From: Pseudomonadota bacterium
GTDB lineage: Bacteria > Verrucomicrobiota > Verrucomicrobiia > Limisphaerales > SXTU01
DNA length: 64,000 nucleotides
NCBI GenBank assembly: GCA_009922615.1
Contig: RFVF01000013.1
Span: 3,975-67,974 of the forward strand
Reading direction: 5' to 3'
The notes under the pieces are model-generated. The model did no database searches, was not told the DNA's origin, and worked only from the letters and a program-made list of their open reading frames with translations. Positions 22,867 to 33,557 of this stretch are shown in pieces; positions within the stretch are counted from its first letter, which is position 1; each line of letters starts with the position of its first letter. The position numbers were made by a program, and so were the translations under genes.

Positions 22867-24852
22867 ATGTCAGTTGTTACCCATACCGGACGCATCGTTT
22901 CATCGTCCCCGCCTGTCCCCGCCGGTGAGCCGTCGGCGCCCCCAGTTGCAGCCGCGATCAAGCGTTCGCAGGACTACCTGTTCAGTGTGCTGCATCCCGA
23001 CGGATACTGGGTCGGTGAATTGCTGGTGGACGTCACGCTCGTCTCCGACATGGTGGCCTATCACCATTGGTCGAATACCGTGGACCTTGAATGGCAGCGC
23101 CGCGCGGTGAACCACATCTTCGAGCGGCAATTGGAAGATGGTGGATGGAACATCTATCCGCACGGCCCGTCCGAGGTGAACGCCACGATCAAGGCCTACC
23201 TCGCCCTGAAACTGGCGGGCGTGCCCGTCACTGACCCGCGGATGCTCAAGGCCCGCGAGATGGCGCGCAACCTCGGGGGCGTGCCGCGCATGAACACGTT
23301 TTCGAAGCTCTACCTGGCGCTGCTCGGGCTGGTGGGTTGGAATCATGTACCCTCGATCCCCTGCGAAGTGCTGCTCATCGGCAAGTGGTTCCACGTGAAT
23401 TTTTGGGATATGTCCAACTGGTCCCGCGCGATGCTCGTGCCGCTGGCGATCATCAACCACTTCCGGCCCACGCGGCAGTTGAAGAACGGCGTGACGCTGG
23501 ATGAACTCTACCCCAACGGGAAATGGGAGCTGGATGAAGCGCTGCGGCCGCGCTACTTCGATTTCGGCCTGCGCAATGCCTTCCTCTGGCTGGACCGGCT
23601 GCACAAACTGGCCGAGTGGGTGGCGCGGAAAAGCTTCCACCCGTTCCGCAAGCGCGCGCTCAAGAAGTGCGAGCAGTGGATGCTGGAGCGTTACGAGGGC
23701 AGCGATGGTCTGGCCGCCATTTTCCCTGCGATGCTCAACAGCGTCATCGCGCTGGAAGTGCTTGGTTACAAGCGGGACCACCCGATCTTCGCCCGCGAAT
23801 ACATGCAGCTCAAGAAGCTCGAGCATCACACGGCGGACTCGATTCGGATCGAGCCGTGCTTCTCGCCCGTCTGGGACACGGCCATCGTGAGCATCGCCCT
23901 GCGCGAATCCGGCGTGCCGGCCGAAGACCCGCGCATGAAGCGCGCGGCCGAGTGGCTCATGGACCGGGAGATCCGTTTCCGGGGCGACTGGTATCACAAG
24001 AACCCGGTGGACGTGGAGCCCAGCGGCTGGGTCTTCGAGTTCAACAACAAGTGGAACCCCGACGTGGACGACACGGCGATGGTGCTGCTCGCATTGCGGC
24101 AGATTCCGACCGACAACCCCAAGCGCCGCGATGAGTGTTTCCGGCGCGGTTACAACTGGATGATCGAGTTCCAGTGCAAGGATGGCGGCTGGGCGGCCTT
24201 TGACAAAGACTGCACGAAGAGCATCCTCGAGAAAGTTCCCTTCGCCGACCACAACGCCATGCTGGACCCCGAGTGCGTGGATATCACGGCCCGCATCTTG
24301 GAAGTGATGGGCTTGGAAGGAGTGCCGATCACCAACCCGCAAGTCCAGCGCGGCTTGGCCTTCATTAAGAGCATGCAGGAAGAGGACGGGTCCTTTTACG
24401 GACGTTGGGGCGTAAATTATATCTACGGCACCTGGCAAGTGCTGCGGGGATTGAAGACCTTCAATTACAACATGAACGAAGCCTGGCTGCTCCGGGCGCA
24501 CGACTGGCTCGTCAGCGTGCAGCACGCCGATGGTGGCTGGGGCGAGCGGTGTAACACTTACGACGATCCTGTCCACAAGGGGCTTGGACCAAGCACGGCG
24601 TCGCAAACCGCGTGGGCGGTGATGGGCTTGTGCACCTTCGGCGATCCGGATATGGCGACCCTCAAGCGCGGCGTCGAATACCTCTGCCGGACGCAAAACC
24701 CCGACGGCTCGTGGACAGAGGATGAAATCACCGGCACCGGCTTTCCGTGCGTGTTCTACTTGAAATACGACATGTATCGGAATTCCTGGCCACTGCTGGC
24801 CTTGGCGACGTATGACCAGTTGTGTCGCAGCCGAGCCAAGGCGCAGAGATAG
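22867..24852 (+). CDS. shc: Squalene-hopene cyclase
   Basis: DVDDTAMVLLAL (DxDD catalytic motif) and several QW repeats (DGGWGERCNTY, DGSWTEDE, DGSFYGRWG, DGGWAAFD). About 660 aa. The start is ATG 22867, or alternatively 22819, only 14 nt after rnpB. Confidence 0.93.
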   Translation: MSVVTHTGRIVSSSPPVPAGEPSAPPVAAAIKRSQDYLFSVLHPDGYWVGELLVDVTLVSDMVAYHHWSNTVDLEWQRRAVNHIFERQLEDGGWNIYPHGPSEVNATIKAYLALKLAGVPVTDPRMLKAREMARNLGGVPRMNTFSKLYLALLGLVGWNHVPSIPCEVLLIGKWFHVNFWDMSNWSRAMLVPLAIINHFRPTRQLKNGVTLDELYPNGKWELDEALRPRYFDFGLRNAFLWLDRLHKLAEWVARKSFHPFRKRALKKCEQWMLERYEGSDGLAAIFPAMLNSVIALEVLGYKRDHPIFAREYMQLKKLEHHTADSIRIEPCFSPVWDTAIVSIALRESGVPAEDPRMKRAAEWLMDREIRFRGDWYHKNPVDVEPSGWVFEFNNKWNPDVDDTAMVLLALRQIPTDNPKRRDECFRRGYNWMIEFQCKDGGWAAFDKDCTKSILEKVPFADHNAMLDPECVDITARILEVMGLEGVPITNPQVQRGLAFIKSMQEEDGSFYGRWGVNYIYGTWQVLRGLKTFNYNMNEAWLLRAHDWLVSVQHADGGWGERCNTYDDPVHKGLGPSTASQTAWAVMGLCTFGDPDMATLKRGVEYLCRTQNPDGSWTEDEITGTGFPCVFYLKYDMYRNSWPLLALATYDQLCRSRAKAQR

Positions 24853-25400
24853 TGGTGAGCGGGATGGGTGCTGCCGCGGCCGAGCGGGCAGTGAAATTCA
24901 AACTTGGCGAACGTCATTGGCGAATGGTGCTCACCTGTGGCTTCGCCGGGGGATTAAGTGCTGGCTTGGCGGCGGAGCAGGTGATCTTCGATGCGGATGA
25001 GAGGTTTCCTTTGCGCGAAGCCTTGATCGGGGCCGGAGCGGCTCCGGCCAGGTTTCACTGTGCTGATCGGGTCGCTGTGACTGCCCGGGAGAAAGCGACG
25101 TTGCGTGAACAAACGGGAGCCGAAGCCGTGGAAATGGAGTCCGGCGTGATTCGGCGGTTGTGCGAGGAGCGGGGCATTCCCAGCGCCACCGTGCGGGTGA
25201 TTTCGGACACCGCGCAAGAAGACCTGCCGCTGGATTTCAATGCAATGATGCAGGCGGACGGGCGGCTGAGTTTGGGTCGCCTCGTGACCGCCGTGCTCTG
25301 TCGGCCGCAAAAAATTCCGGCGCTGATGGCGTTGGGCCGGCGTTCAAAATCAGCCGCGAACCAACTGGCTGCCGTGCTTGCGGCGGCGTTGCGCGCGTGA
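24822..25400 (+). CDS. hpnG: Hopanoid-associated phosphorylase HpnG-like (PNP/UDP nucleosidase family)
   Basis: CGFAGGLSAGL, GAEAVEMESGVIRRLCEERGIP, VRVISD. Sits directly after shc. Candidate starts are GTG 24822 (31-nt overlap with shc), GTG 24852/24855 or ATG 24864. The N-terminus appears shorter than in typical family members. Confidence 0.7.
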   Translation: MSQPSQGAEIVVSGMGAAAAERAVKFKLGERHWRMVLTCGFAGGLSAGLAAEQVIFDADERFPLREALIGAGAAPARFHCADRVAVTAREKATLREQTGAEAVEMESGVIRRLCEERGIPSATVRVISDTAQEDLPLDFNAMMQADGRLSLGRLVTAVLCRPQKIPALMALGRRSKSAANQLAAVLAAALRA

Positions 25401-25461
25401 GGTTCTACGGCGGCGAAGTTTACGCTTTCATCCCGTCCGCGGCCGTCTAACCATCCCGCGC

Positions 25462-26460
25462 ATGAATCTTGACGAAACTTCGGTCACCGCAGCACTACGC
25501 GGTGATTCTTCCACCCCGCCCACCGTTCATACCCGCCGAGCGTTTGCCCGGCGCGTGCTGACCGCGCTGCCCGCCGCCGCCTTGGTTTCGAGTGGCGCGC
25601 TTCGCGCGGCGGACAAGCCTAACTCCAAGGTGGCGGGCGTCCAGTTGGGCCTCAATGTGCCCTACAGTTTTGGCAACGGGCTCATGAATGGCGACGAGAT
25701 TTTGAAGAACTGCGTCCAGCTCGGTCTGAGCGGCGTCGAGCTGCGAACTCAGCCAGTCGAGGCTTTTCTCGGCGTGCCGCCGGAATTGATCAGTCCGAAG
25801 AAGAACGTGTCCCAAGGCTCTGCCGCCTCCACCGCGGATGCGCTCAAACAATGGCGCAAGTCGGTCTCGATGGATCGCGTGAAGGAGTTCCGCGCGAAGT
25901 ATGAGGCGGCGGGCGTGCTCATCGAGATCGTGAAGGTGGACGGCATCTTCGCGATGTCCGATGACGAGGTGGACTACGCGTTCACCCTAGCCAAGGCGCT
26001 CGGTGGCCGCGCGATCTCCACGGAGATCGCCCACAAGGACGAGGAGCTCAAACGCATCGGGAAATTCGCCGACAAGCACCAGTTCATGATCGGCTACCAC
26101 GGCCATGCCACGACCAAACCCGAGCATTGGGAGACGGCGTTTTCCTTCGCGAAGTTCAACGGGGCGAACGTGGACCTTGGCCATTTCGTCGCGGGCAACA
26201 ATGTTTCACCCGTCGCCTTTCTCAAGCAGCACCACGCGCGCGTCACCCATGTCCACATCAAGGACCGGAAGTTCAACAACGGCCCGAATACGCCCTTCGG
26301 CGAGGGCGATACGCCGATCGCCGAGGTGCTCCGCCTGATTCGCGACCAGAAGTGGAACATTCAGGCCACCATCGAGTTCGAATACAAAATTCCCGCCGGC
26401 TCTGACCGCATGACCGAGCTGGCCCGCGCCATCAAGTTCTGCCGCGACGCGCTGGCCTGA
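25462..26460 (+). CDS. Tat-signal sugar phosphate isomerase/epimerase (xylose isomerase-like TIM barrel)
   Basis: TRRAFARRVLTALPAAALVSSGALRAA signal. LGLSGVELR, GYHGH, NVDLGHF and IEFEY blocks are typical of the AP_endonuc_2 / TIM-barrel family. Confidence 0.78.
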   Translation: MNLDETSVTAALRGDSSTPPTVHTRRAFARRVLTALPAAALVSSGALRAADKPNSKVAGVQLGLNVPYSFGNGLMNGDEILKNCVQLGLSGVELRTQPVEAFLGVPPELISPKKNVSQGSAASTADALKQWRKSVSMDRVKEFRAKYEAAGVLIEIVKVDGIFAMSDDEVDYAFTLAKALGGRAISTEIAHKDEELKRIGKFADKHQFMIGYHGHATTKPEHWETAFSFAKFNGANVDLGHFVAGNNVSPVAFLKQHHARVTHVHIKDRKFNNGPNTPFGEGDTPIAEVLRLIRDQKWNIQATIEFEYKIPAGSDRMTELARAIKFCRDALA

Positions 26461-26583
26461 TCGGATTCGGCTGCCCGTTGCCCTCCGTGGTCTCGTGGCT
26501 TTTGCGTGGACTGAATTGAAGTGGAAGTCCGCGTGCATCCGGGCTTGGACATTATTTGTCTCTCCTGTAAAACGTCCCGGCTT

Positions 26584-29500
26584 ATGAGTTCACGCAACGC
26601 GGGAAAAGTTCTTACCGACAAAGGCGCCGCCGCTGGCGCACCGATCAAGCTGATGGCGGCCAATCGCTCGGAGATCGCCATCCGCATCTTCCGCGCGGCG
26701 ACCGAACTGGGGCTGCGCACCGTTGCCATCTACGCGCAGGAGGACCGCTTCTGCGTTCACCGCTTCAAGGCGGACGAGGCATATCTGGTGGGGCAGGGGA
26801 AGGGGCCGGTCGGCGCCTACCTCGACATCGAGAGCATCGTGGCGCTCGCGAAGGAACGCGGCGTGAGCATGATTCACCCTGGCTACGGTTTCCTTTCGGA
26901 AAACGCCGCCTTCGCTCGCGCCTGCGCCGCTGCGGGCATCACCTTCGTCGGCCCTCGCCCAGAGTTGCTGGAGATGATGGGGGACAAAACGGCCGCGCGC
27001 ACGCTGGCGCAGAAGATTGGCGTGCCGACGCTGCCCGGCACGGAGGAACCGATTTCCGATCGTGGCGAGGCGTTGAAGCTCGCGAAGGAAATTGGTTTCC
27101 CGCTCATCATCAAGGCGGCCTTTGGTGGCGGCGGGCGCGGAATGCGGGTCGTTCACAAGGCGGCGGATTTGGCAAACCTGCTCGACGAGGCGCAGGCTGA
27201 GGCGGGCCGCGCGTTTGGCAATCCCGCCGTCTTCCTCGAAAAATACATTCCCAACGCCAAGCACATCGAGGTGCAGATTCTCGGCGACCAGCACGGCAAC
27301 GTCATTCACCTGCACGAGCGCGATTGCTCGGTGCAACGGCGGCATCAGAAGGTCGTGGAGGTCGCGCCGTCATTCGGTTTGCCCGAGCACGTGATCAAGG
27401 AACTCTGCGCCGCGGCCGCGCGGATGGCCTACGAGATTCGTTACGACAACGCGGGCACCATCGAGTTCCTCTACGACCTCGACAAGCACGAGTGGTTCTT
27501 CATCGAGATGAACCCACGCATCCAAGTGGAGCACACGGTCACGGAGGTCATCACCGGCCTTGACCTCGTGCGCGCGCAGATGCTCATCGCGCAGGGCCAC
27601 CCGCTGCACGGGCCCGAGGTCGGGATGCCGCCGCAGAATCAAATCCCGCGCAACGGCTACGCGGTGCAATGCCGCGTCACCACGGAGGACCCGGAGAACA
27701 AGTTCACGCCGGACTACGGCAAGATTCTCACGTATCGCAGCGCCGGTGGTTTTGGCATCCGGCTCGATGGCGGCATGGGCTACGCGGGCGCGGTGGTGAC
27801 GCCGTTCTACGACTCGATGCTGGTGAAGGTCACGAGTTCGGGCCAGACGTTCGAGATGGCGCTGCAACGGACCGACCGCGCGCTGCGCGAGTTCCGCATC
27901 CGTGGCGTGAAGACGAACATTCCGTTCCTCGAGAACCTGATTGCCAACGCGGCGTTCCGCGCGGGCCAGGCGACGACCACGCTGATTGACAACACGCCGG
28001 AGCTCTTTGCCTTCAAGCACCGCCGCGACCGTGCGACGCGGCTGCTAAACTTCCTCGGCAACGTCATCGTCAACGGCAACCCCCACGCGAAGGGCTTCAA
28101 GCCGGAGAAGCCGTTCACCCTCGCGGTCACCCCGACCTACGACCACAAGCAGGTGCCACCCAATGGCACACGCGACCTGTTGCACAAGCTGGGCGCGAAG
28201 AAATTTGCGGAGTGGACGCGCAAGCAAAAGCGCTTGCTCGTAACCGACACGACGTTCCGCGACGCACATCAGTCGCTCATGGCCACGCGGGTGCGCACGG
28301 CAGACATGCTCGCCGTGGCGGACGCGGTCGCGCGGCGAGCCCCGCAGCTTTTCTCTCTGGAGATGTGGGGCGGTGCGACGTTTGACACCTCGATGCGTTT
28401 CCTGCACGAAGACCCCTGGGAGCGCCTGCGCCAGTTGCGGAAGAAGATTCCCAACATCTGCTTCCAAATGCTCTTCCGCGGCAGCAACGCCGTGGGTTAC
28501 ACGAATTATCCCGACAATGTAGTCGCGGGTTTCGTGAAGCACGCCGCCGAGTCCGGCATGGACATCTTCCGCATATTTGACTCGTTGAACTACACGCCAA
28601 ACTTGCGCGTCGCGATGGAAGCGGTGAATGAGACGCACGCGGTGTGCGAGGCGACCGTTTGCTACACCGGCGATATCCTCGACTCGAAGCGCGACAAGTA
28701 TTCGCTGAAGTATTACGTGGCGCTGGCGAAGGAACTCGAGCGCATGGGGGCGCACATGATTGCCATCAAGGACATGGCGGGCCTGTGCCGACCCTTCGCG
28801 GCGAAGAAACTCGTAAAGGCATTGCGTGAGGAAGTCGGTTTGCCCATCCACTTCCATACCCACGACACCAGCGGCGTGCAGGCAGCGGCGATCCTCAACG
28901 CGAGCGAGGCTGGCGTGGACGTCGTGGACCTTGCGCTCGCGAGCATGAGCGGCAGCACGAGCCAGCCGAACTTGAACAGCATCGTAGCGGCGTTGCAGAA
29001 CACGCCGCGCGCGACGGGTCTGGACTTGGACGCGCTGAACGAGTTCTCCGATTACTGGGAGGCGGTGCGTGAGTATTACCGGCCGTTCGACACCGCGCCC
29101 AAGACGGGTTCGGCGGAAGTCTATCTCCACGAGATGCCCGGCGGCCAATACACGAACCTCAAGGAACAGGCCGCCAGCATGGGCCTCGCGGGCCGTTGGC
29201 GCGAAATCGCCCACACTTACGCCGAGGTCAACCAACTGTTCGGCGACATCGTCAAGGTCACTCCGTCGAGCAAAGTCGTCGGCGACATGACGATGTTCCT
29301 CATCACGCGCGGCATCAAAGCGGCCGACGTGGTGAATCTCGAGCCCGGTTCCGTGCCGTTCCCCGCGAGCGTGATTGACATGCTCTCCGGCGGTCTTGGC
29401 CAGCCGCTCGATGGCTGGCCAGCCGCCGTGCAGAAAGTGGTGCTCGGCAAACAGAAACCCATCACGATTCGTCCCGGCGAAGACATGCCACCGGCGAACC

Positions 29501-30081
29501 TGAAGAAAATCCGCGAGGAGCTTGCCGCAAGGCTCAAGCACGAGCCAACCGATGATGAATTGTTCAGCCACCTCATGTATCCCGAGGTCCACGCGGACTT
29601 CGCGAAAGTGCAGCGCGATTCCGACGACGTGAGCGTGCTGCCCACGCCGGCCTTTTTCTACGGCCTGCGGCCCGACGAGGAAATCAGCGTGAGCATCGAG
29701 CAGGGCAAGACGCTCTTCATCAAGCTGGTGAATATCGGCGCGCCGGACAAGGACGGCCGCCGCACCGTGACTTTCGAGTTGAACGGCATGACGCGTGAGA
29801 CGCACATCCAGGACAAGAGCGTCGCACCGAAGTCCAAGAGCCGCGTGAAGGCTGACCCGGCCAACCCGCTGGAAGTCGCCGCGCCCATCCCCGGCGTTAT
29901 CACCGCGCTGGCCGTGGGCATCGGGGCGAAGGTTGCCAAGGACGACAAGCTCGTGACGATGGAGGCGATGAAAATGCAAACCACGATCTACGCGCAGGTG
30001 GACGGCGTCGTGGCGGAGTTGGCCGCGCAGGTCGGCGACACGGTGGAGAGCAAGGACTTGCTGATGCGGTTGAAGGCCTGA
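26584..30081 (+). CDS. pyc: Pyruvate carboxylase
   Basis: Biotin carboxylase N-terminus IKLMAANRSEIAIRIFRAATELG, carboxyltransferase LLVTDTTFRDAHQSL, and biotinyl-lysine motif MEAMKMQT near the C-terminus. About 1165 aa. Confidence 0.95.
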   Translation: MSSRNAGKVLTDKGAAAGAPIKLMAANRSEIAIRIFRAATELGLRTVAIYAQEDRFCVHRFKADEAYLVGQGKGPVGAYLDIESIVALAKERGVSMIHPGYGFLSENAAFARACAAAGITFVGPRPELLEMMGDKTAARTLAQKIGVPTLPGTEEPISDRGEALKLAKEIGFPLIIKAAFGGGGRGMRVVHKAADLANLLDEAQAEAGRAFGNPAVFLEKYIPNAKHIEVQILGDQHGNVIHLHERDCSVQRRHQKVVEVAPSFGLPEHVIKELCAAAARMAYEIRYDNAGTIEFLYDLDKHEWFFIEMNPRIQVEHTVTEVITGLDLVRAQMLIAQGHPLHGPEVGMPPQNQIPRNGYAVQCRVTTEDPENKFTPDYGKILTYRSAGGFGIRLDGGMGYAGAVVTPFYDSMLVKVTSSGQTFEMALQRTDRALREFRIRGVKTNIPFLENLIANAAFRAGQATTTLIDNTPELFAFKHRRDRATRLLNFLGNVIVNGNPHAKGFKPEKPFTLAVTPTYDHKQVPPNGTRDLLHKLGAKKFAEWTRKQKRLLVTDTTFRDAHQSLMATRVRTADMLAVADAVARRAPQLFSLEMWGGATFDTSMRFLHEDPWERLRQLRKKIPNICFQMLFRGSNAVGYTNYPDNVVAGFVKHAAESGMDIFRIFDSLNYTPNLRVAMEAVNETHAVCEATVCYTGDILDSKRDKYSLKYYVALAKELERMGAHMIAIKDMAGLCRPFAAKKLVKALREEVGLPIHFHTHDTSGVQAAAILNASEAGVDVVDLALASMSGSTSQPNLNSIVAALQNTPRATGLDLDALNEFSDYWEAVREYYRPFDTAPKTGSAEVYLHEMPGGQYTNLKEQAASMGLAGRWREIAHTYAEVNQLFGDIVKVTPSSKVVGDMTMFLITRGIKAADVVNLEPGSVPFPASVIDMLSGGLGQPLDGWPAAVQKVVLGKQKPITIRPGEDMPPANLKKIREELAARLKHEPTDDELFSHLMYPEVHADFAKVQRDSDDVSVLPTPAFFYGLRPDEEISVSIEQGKTLFIKLVNIGAPDKDGRRTVTFELNGMTRETHIQDKSVAPKSKSRVKADPANPLEVAAPIPGVITALAVGIGAKVAKDDKLVTMEAMKMQTTIYAQVDGVVAELAAQVGDTVESKDLLMRLKA

Positions 30082-30182
30082 GCCGGGGCTGGCTGTTCGC
30101 CGGCACATATGCCTTGTTTTCGGTGGGTGAGTTGTGGCCTTGAAGCGCCCGGCCTGTCGGACGAAAAATCCCGCTGCAATTC

Positions 30183-31352
30183 ATGGCAGTCACTCAGACC
30201 ATCGTCATCGTCGGCGCGGGAATCTTCGGCCTTACCGCTGCGCGGGAACTGCGCGCACGCGGCTGGCGTGTCACGGTCATTGATCCTGGCCCGGTGCCCA
30301 CGCTCACGGCGGCTTCCACGGACATCAGCAAGGTCGTCCGGATGGATTACGGCGCGGACGCGCTGTGGACGGAGCTGGGCCGGAAATCTCTGGCGCGTTG
30401 GGCTGAGTGGAATGCGGAGTCAGGCCAGCCCCTGTTTCACCACGACGGTTTCCTCGTGCTGTCGCGCGGGGCGATGCAGCCGGGCGGTTTCGAGTTCGAG
30501 AGTTTTCAGCATCTGACCGCGCTCGGTGAGCCGCTCGAACGTCTCGACTCCGCCACACTCGCGCAACGCTTCCCAGCTTGGGCGGCGGAGAATTATCCCG
30601 ATGGCTATCTCAACCCGAGCGGCGGCTGGGCCGAGAGCGGCCGGACCGTTGCGTGGCTCGCGCAGGTGGCGCGGCACGAGGGCGTGCAAGTTTTCGAGCA
30701 ATGCGCTTTCGCCGGCTTGCTCGAAAAGGAATCGCGCGTCATCGGCGTGCGGGCGAAGGACGGCCGCGAGTTCCGAGCCGACCTTACGCTGCTGGCCACC
30801 GGCGCGTGGACGCCGACGTTGCTGCCGGAGTTGAGCAAAGTGATGTGGGCGACGGGCCAGCCCGTGCTGCACTTCCGCGTCACGAATCCGGCCGAGTGGC
30901 AGGCCCCGCGCTTTCCTGTGTGGGCGGCGGACATCGGGCGCACGGGCTGGTATGGCTTCCCCGCGCTGGCGGACGGCACGCTCAAGGTTGCGAATCACGG
31001 CCCTGGTCGCCGCGTTCATCCGGACGCGCCACGTGAAGTCTCGCCCGATGACGAGCCGCGCTTCCGCGCCTTCCTGCGCGACACTTTTCCCGCGCTCGCC
31101 GACGTGCCGCTCATCGGCACGCGCCTTTGCCTCTACTGCGACACGTTCGACGGCAACTTCTGGCTCGACCACCATCCGCACCGCCCCGGCCTTTGCGTCG
31201 CAGCGGGCGACAGCGGCCACGCTTTCAAGTTTGCGCCCGTGCTGGGTGATCTCATTGCCGACGCTGTCGAGCGCAACCCCGACGGAATGCATGAGCGCTT
31301 TGCGTGGCGCACTTGCAAGACCGTTTCAAGTGAAGGCGCACGAGCGCGTTGA
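30183..31352 (+). CDS. FAD-dependent oxidoreductase (DAO family; sarcosine/amino-acid oxidase-like)
   Basis: Rossmann dinucleotide motif IVIVGAGIFGLTAARELRARGWRVTVID. C-terminal AGDSGHAFKFAPVLG is typical of DAO-family enzymes. Confidence 0.8.
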   Translation: MAVTQTIVIVGAGIFGLTAARELRARGWRVTVIDPGPVPTLTAASTDISKVVRMDYGADALWTELGRKSLARWAEWNAESGQPLFHHDGFLVLSRGAMQPGGFEFESFQHLTALGEPLERLDSATLAQRFPAWAAENYPDGYLNPSGGWAESGRTVAWLAQVARHEGVQVFEQCAFAGLLEKESRVIGVRAKDGREFRADLTLLATGAWTPTLLPELSKVMWATGQPVLHFRVTNPAEWQAPRFPVWAADIGRTGWYGFPALADGTLKVANHGPGRRVHPDAPREVSPDDEPRFRAFLRDTFPALADVPLIGTRLCLYCDTFDGNFWLDHHPHRPGLCVAAGDSGHAFKFAPVLGDLIADAVERNPDGMHERFAWRTCKTVSSEGARAR

Positions 31353-31385
31353 AGCCTCTCGTCTAGCTCGCGTCCAAACCAACCA

Positions 31386-32585
31386 ATGAATCCCAATTTC
31401 GCCCGCCGCGATTTGATCACCGGCAGCGCGCTCGCCGCCGGCCTCGCGTTGCTCAACGACGCAGTTGGCGCGGACAACCCTGCCGCGAATGTCGCCGACC
31501 GCACGACCACGATTAAGATTTCCGCCCTCAAGCCCTTCCGCGTCGGCACCAAGGCCTACATGAAGGTCGAAACCAACCACGGCATCTTCGGCTGGGGCGA
31601 AGTCACCGGGCTCGACCCCAATGTCGCCTGCACCCTCGCCACCTCGCTCTTCGAGTTGCTCAATGGCGAGAACCCCACGCGCATCGAATATCTCTGGCAG
31701 AAGGTTTATCGCGCGCATCGCAACATTCGCGGCGGCTCCTTTCTCACACACGTCCTCTCCGCGATTGACTGCGCGCTTTGGGACATCACCGGCAAGCTCT
31801 GGGGCGTGCCCGTCTATCGGTTACTCGGCGGGCCGGTGCGCGACTACGTGCGGCTCTACCCCACGCCCAAGGCCTTCAAGACCGGCACTGGCGGCCCGCA
31901 CCCCTTCAGCGGCGGCCCCGCCGATGTCGAGGAACTCGTGAAGCGCATACGCGACGCCCGCAAGCGCGTCGGGCCGGACGGTGCGGTGATGTTCGATGCC
32001 CACTGCGCCGTGCCGCCACCGATGCTCATCCAGTTCGCCAACTCCATCGAGCCCTACGACGTGATGTGGATTGAGGAGCCGGCGGTGCCCGGCAACATCG
32101 AGGTCTTCAAGCGCCTCAAGCAGGCCATCCGAGTCCCGCTGGCGACCGGCGAGCGCGACCGCACCATCTGGGGCATGATTCCGTATTTGCAGGAGCGGTG
32201 CATCGACATCCTCCAGCCCGACTGCGGGCACACGGGTGGCATTTCGCAGATGCGGAAAATCGCCGCGCTGTGCGAAACCTACATGATTCCGCTCGCTCCG
32301 CACTGCACCTGTTCGGAACTGGGCGTCAGCGCCAGCCTGCACGCGACCCTCGCCACGCCGCTCTTCCTCATTCACGAAGCCTACCTCGACGGCCACCTCA
32401 TGCCCCCCGGCGTCGCACGCCCCAGCTACACTATCAACGCGGAAGGCAACGCCCTCCCGCCGACCGGCGTGGGCCTGGGCGTGGAAGTCGACGAGACGAT
32501 GTTCGACAAGGTGAATGCTGGCCCGAAGCGCCAATACAAATGGCCGCATCCGACGTATCAGGACGGGTCGGTAAGGGATTACTGA
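31386..32585 (+). CDS. Enolase-superfamily enzyme (mandelate racemase / D-galactonate dehydratase-like) with Tat-type signal
   Basis: [24 protein letters not shown], then [42 protein letters not shown] and [10 protein letters not shown] (metal and acid/base residues of MR/MLE enzymes). Confidence 0.8.
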   Translation: MNPNFARRDLITGSALAAGLALLNDAVGADNPAANVADRTTTIKISALKPFRVGTKAYMKVETNHGIFGWGEVTGLDPNVACTLATSLFELLNGENPTRIEYLWQKVYRAHRNIRGGSFLTHVLSAIDCALWDITGKLWGVPVYRLLGGPVRDYVRLYPTPKAFKTGTGGPHPFSGGPADVEELVKRIRDARKRVGPDGAVMFDAHCAVPPPMLIQFANSIEPYDVMWIEEPAVPGNIEVFKRLKQAIRVPLATGERDRTIWGMIPYLQERCIDILQPDCGHTGGISQMRKIAALCETYMIPLAPHCTCSELGVSASLHATLATPLFLIHEAYLDGHLMPPGVARPSYTINAEGNALPPTGVGLGVEVDETMFDKVNAGPKRQYKWPHPTYQDGSVRDY

Positions 32586-33322
32586 GGTGTAAGGGCGGTG
32601 ACGAGGGTGCCGACTTGGTCGCCCATGACGACGCGCCTGATGTTGTGGGGCTTGAAGAGGTCGAAGACGATGATGGGCATGGCGTTGTCCATGCACAGGG
32701 CGAAGGCGGCGGCGTCCATGACCTTGAGCTGCTTGGAGAGGGCTTCGTGGTAGCTGATCTGCGAGTAGCGCTTGGCGGACGGATTCTTCTTGGGGTCGCT
32801 GTCGTAGATGCCGTCCACCTTGGTGGCCTTGAGGATGACCTGGGCGTTCATCTCGTTGGCGCGCAGGGCGGCGGCGGTGTCGGTGGAGAAGTAGGGGTTG
32901 CCGGTGCCGCCAGCGAAGATGACGACGCGGTTCTTTTCGAGATGCCGCACGGCGCGGCGGCGGATGAAGGGCTCGGCGACCTGCGTCATGCTGATGGCGC
33001 TCTGCACGCGGGTGGGGACGTTTTGCTTTTCCAACGCATCTTGCAGGGCAAGGGCGTTGATGACGGTGGCGAGCATGCCCATGTAGTCGCCGGTGGCGCG
33101 CTCGATGCCGCGCTCGCTGCCGGAGACGCCGCGAAAGATGTTGCCGCCGCCGACGACGATGACGAGTTGCACGCCGAGGTTGTGGATCTCGGCGATTTGC
33201 TCGGCCATGTCCTTGACGATCTCGGGGGAGATGCCGTAGCCCGCCTCGCCGCCGAGGGCTTCACCGCTGAGCTTGAGGAGGACTCGCTGAAACTTGGGCT
33301 TGGTCTTGGGGCGGTTAGGCAT
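32579..33322 (-). CDS. pyrH: UMP kinase
   Basis: [21 protein letters not shown]...[13 protein letters not shown]...[15 protein letters not shown]. Starts at ATG 33322. Its 3' end overlaps the convergent gene by 7 nt. Confidence 0.93.
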   Translation of the reverse strand: MPNRPKTKPKFQRVLLKLSGEALGGEAGYGISPEIVKDMAEQIAEIHNLGVQLVIVVGGGNIFRGVSGSERGIERATGDYMGMLATVINALALQDALEKQNVPTRVQSAISMTQVAEPFIRRRAVRHLEKNRVVIFAGGTGNPYFSTDTAAALRANEMNAQVILKATKVDGIYDSDPKKNPSAKRYSQISYHEALSKQLKVMDAAAFALCMDNAMPIIVFDLFKPHNIRRVVMGDQVGTLVTALTPQ

Positions 33323-33498
33323 GGCGGTATCAGGCGGAAAAGGGTTCGCGGAAAACGATGGCGCAGTGGTGGCGGTGAATTGAATTGCGAGGCGCGAGCG
33401 ACATCGTGGGGCACTTGTAACAACCGGGCAAGAGGGAGTCAATCAAGGGCCGCCCCGGACGGTGGCAAGGAGCATTGCAATGATGAGTGACAAATCAC

Positions 33499-33541
33499 TT
33501 GCCAATGACCTTAAAAACTGTATTTTCTGTTACGACAGAAA
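33499..33541 (+). promoter_or_regulatory. Candidate sigma70-like promoter with overlapping inverted-repeat operator
   Basis: An AT-rich patch in an otherwise GC-rich region. TTGCCA (33499-33504), a 16-nt spacer, then TATTTT (33521-33526). Perfect 7-bp inverted repeat TTTCTGT-TACG-ACAGAAA (33524-33541), 17 nt upstream of the regulator ATG at 33558. Confidence 0.35.
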
Positions 33542-33557
33542 TAACCGATTTAGCCCT

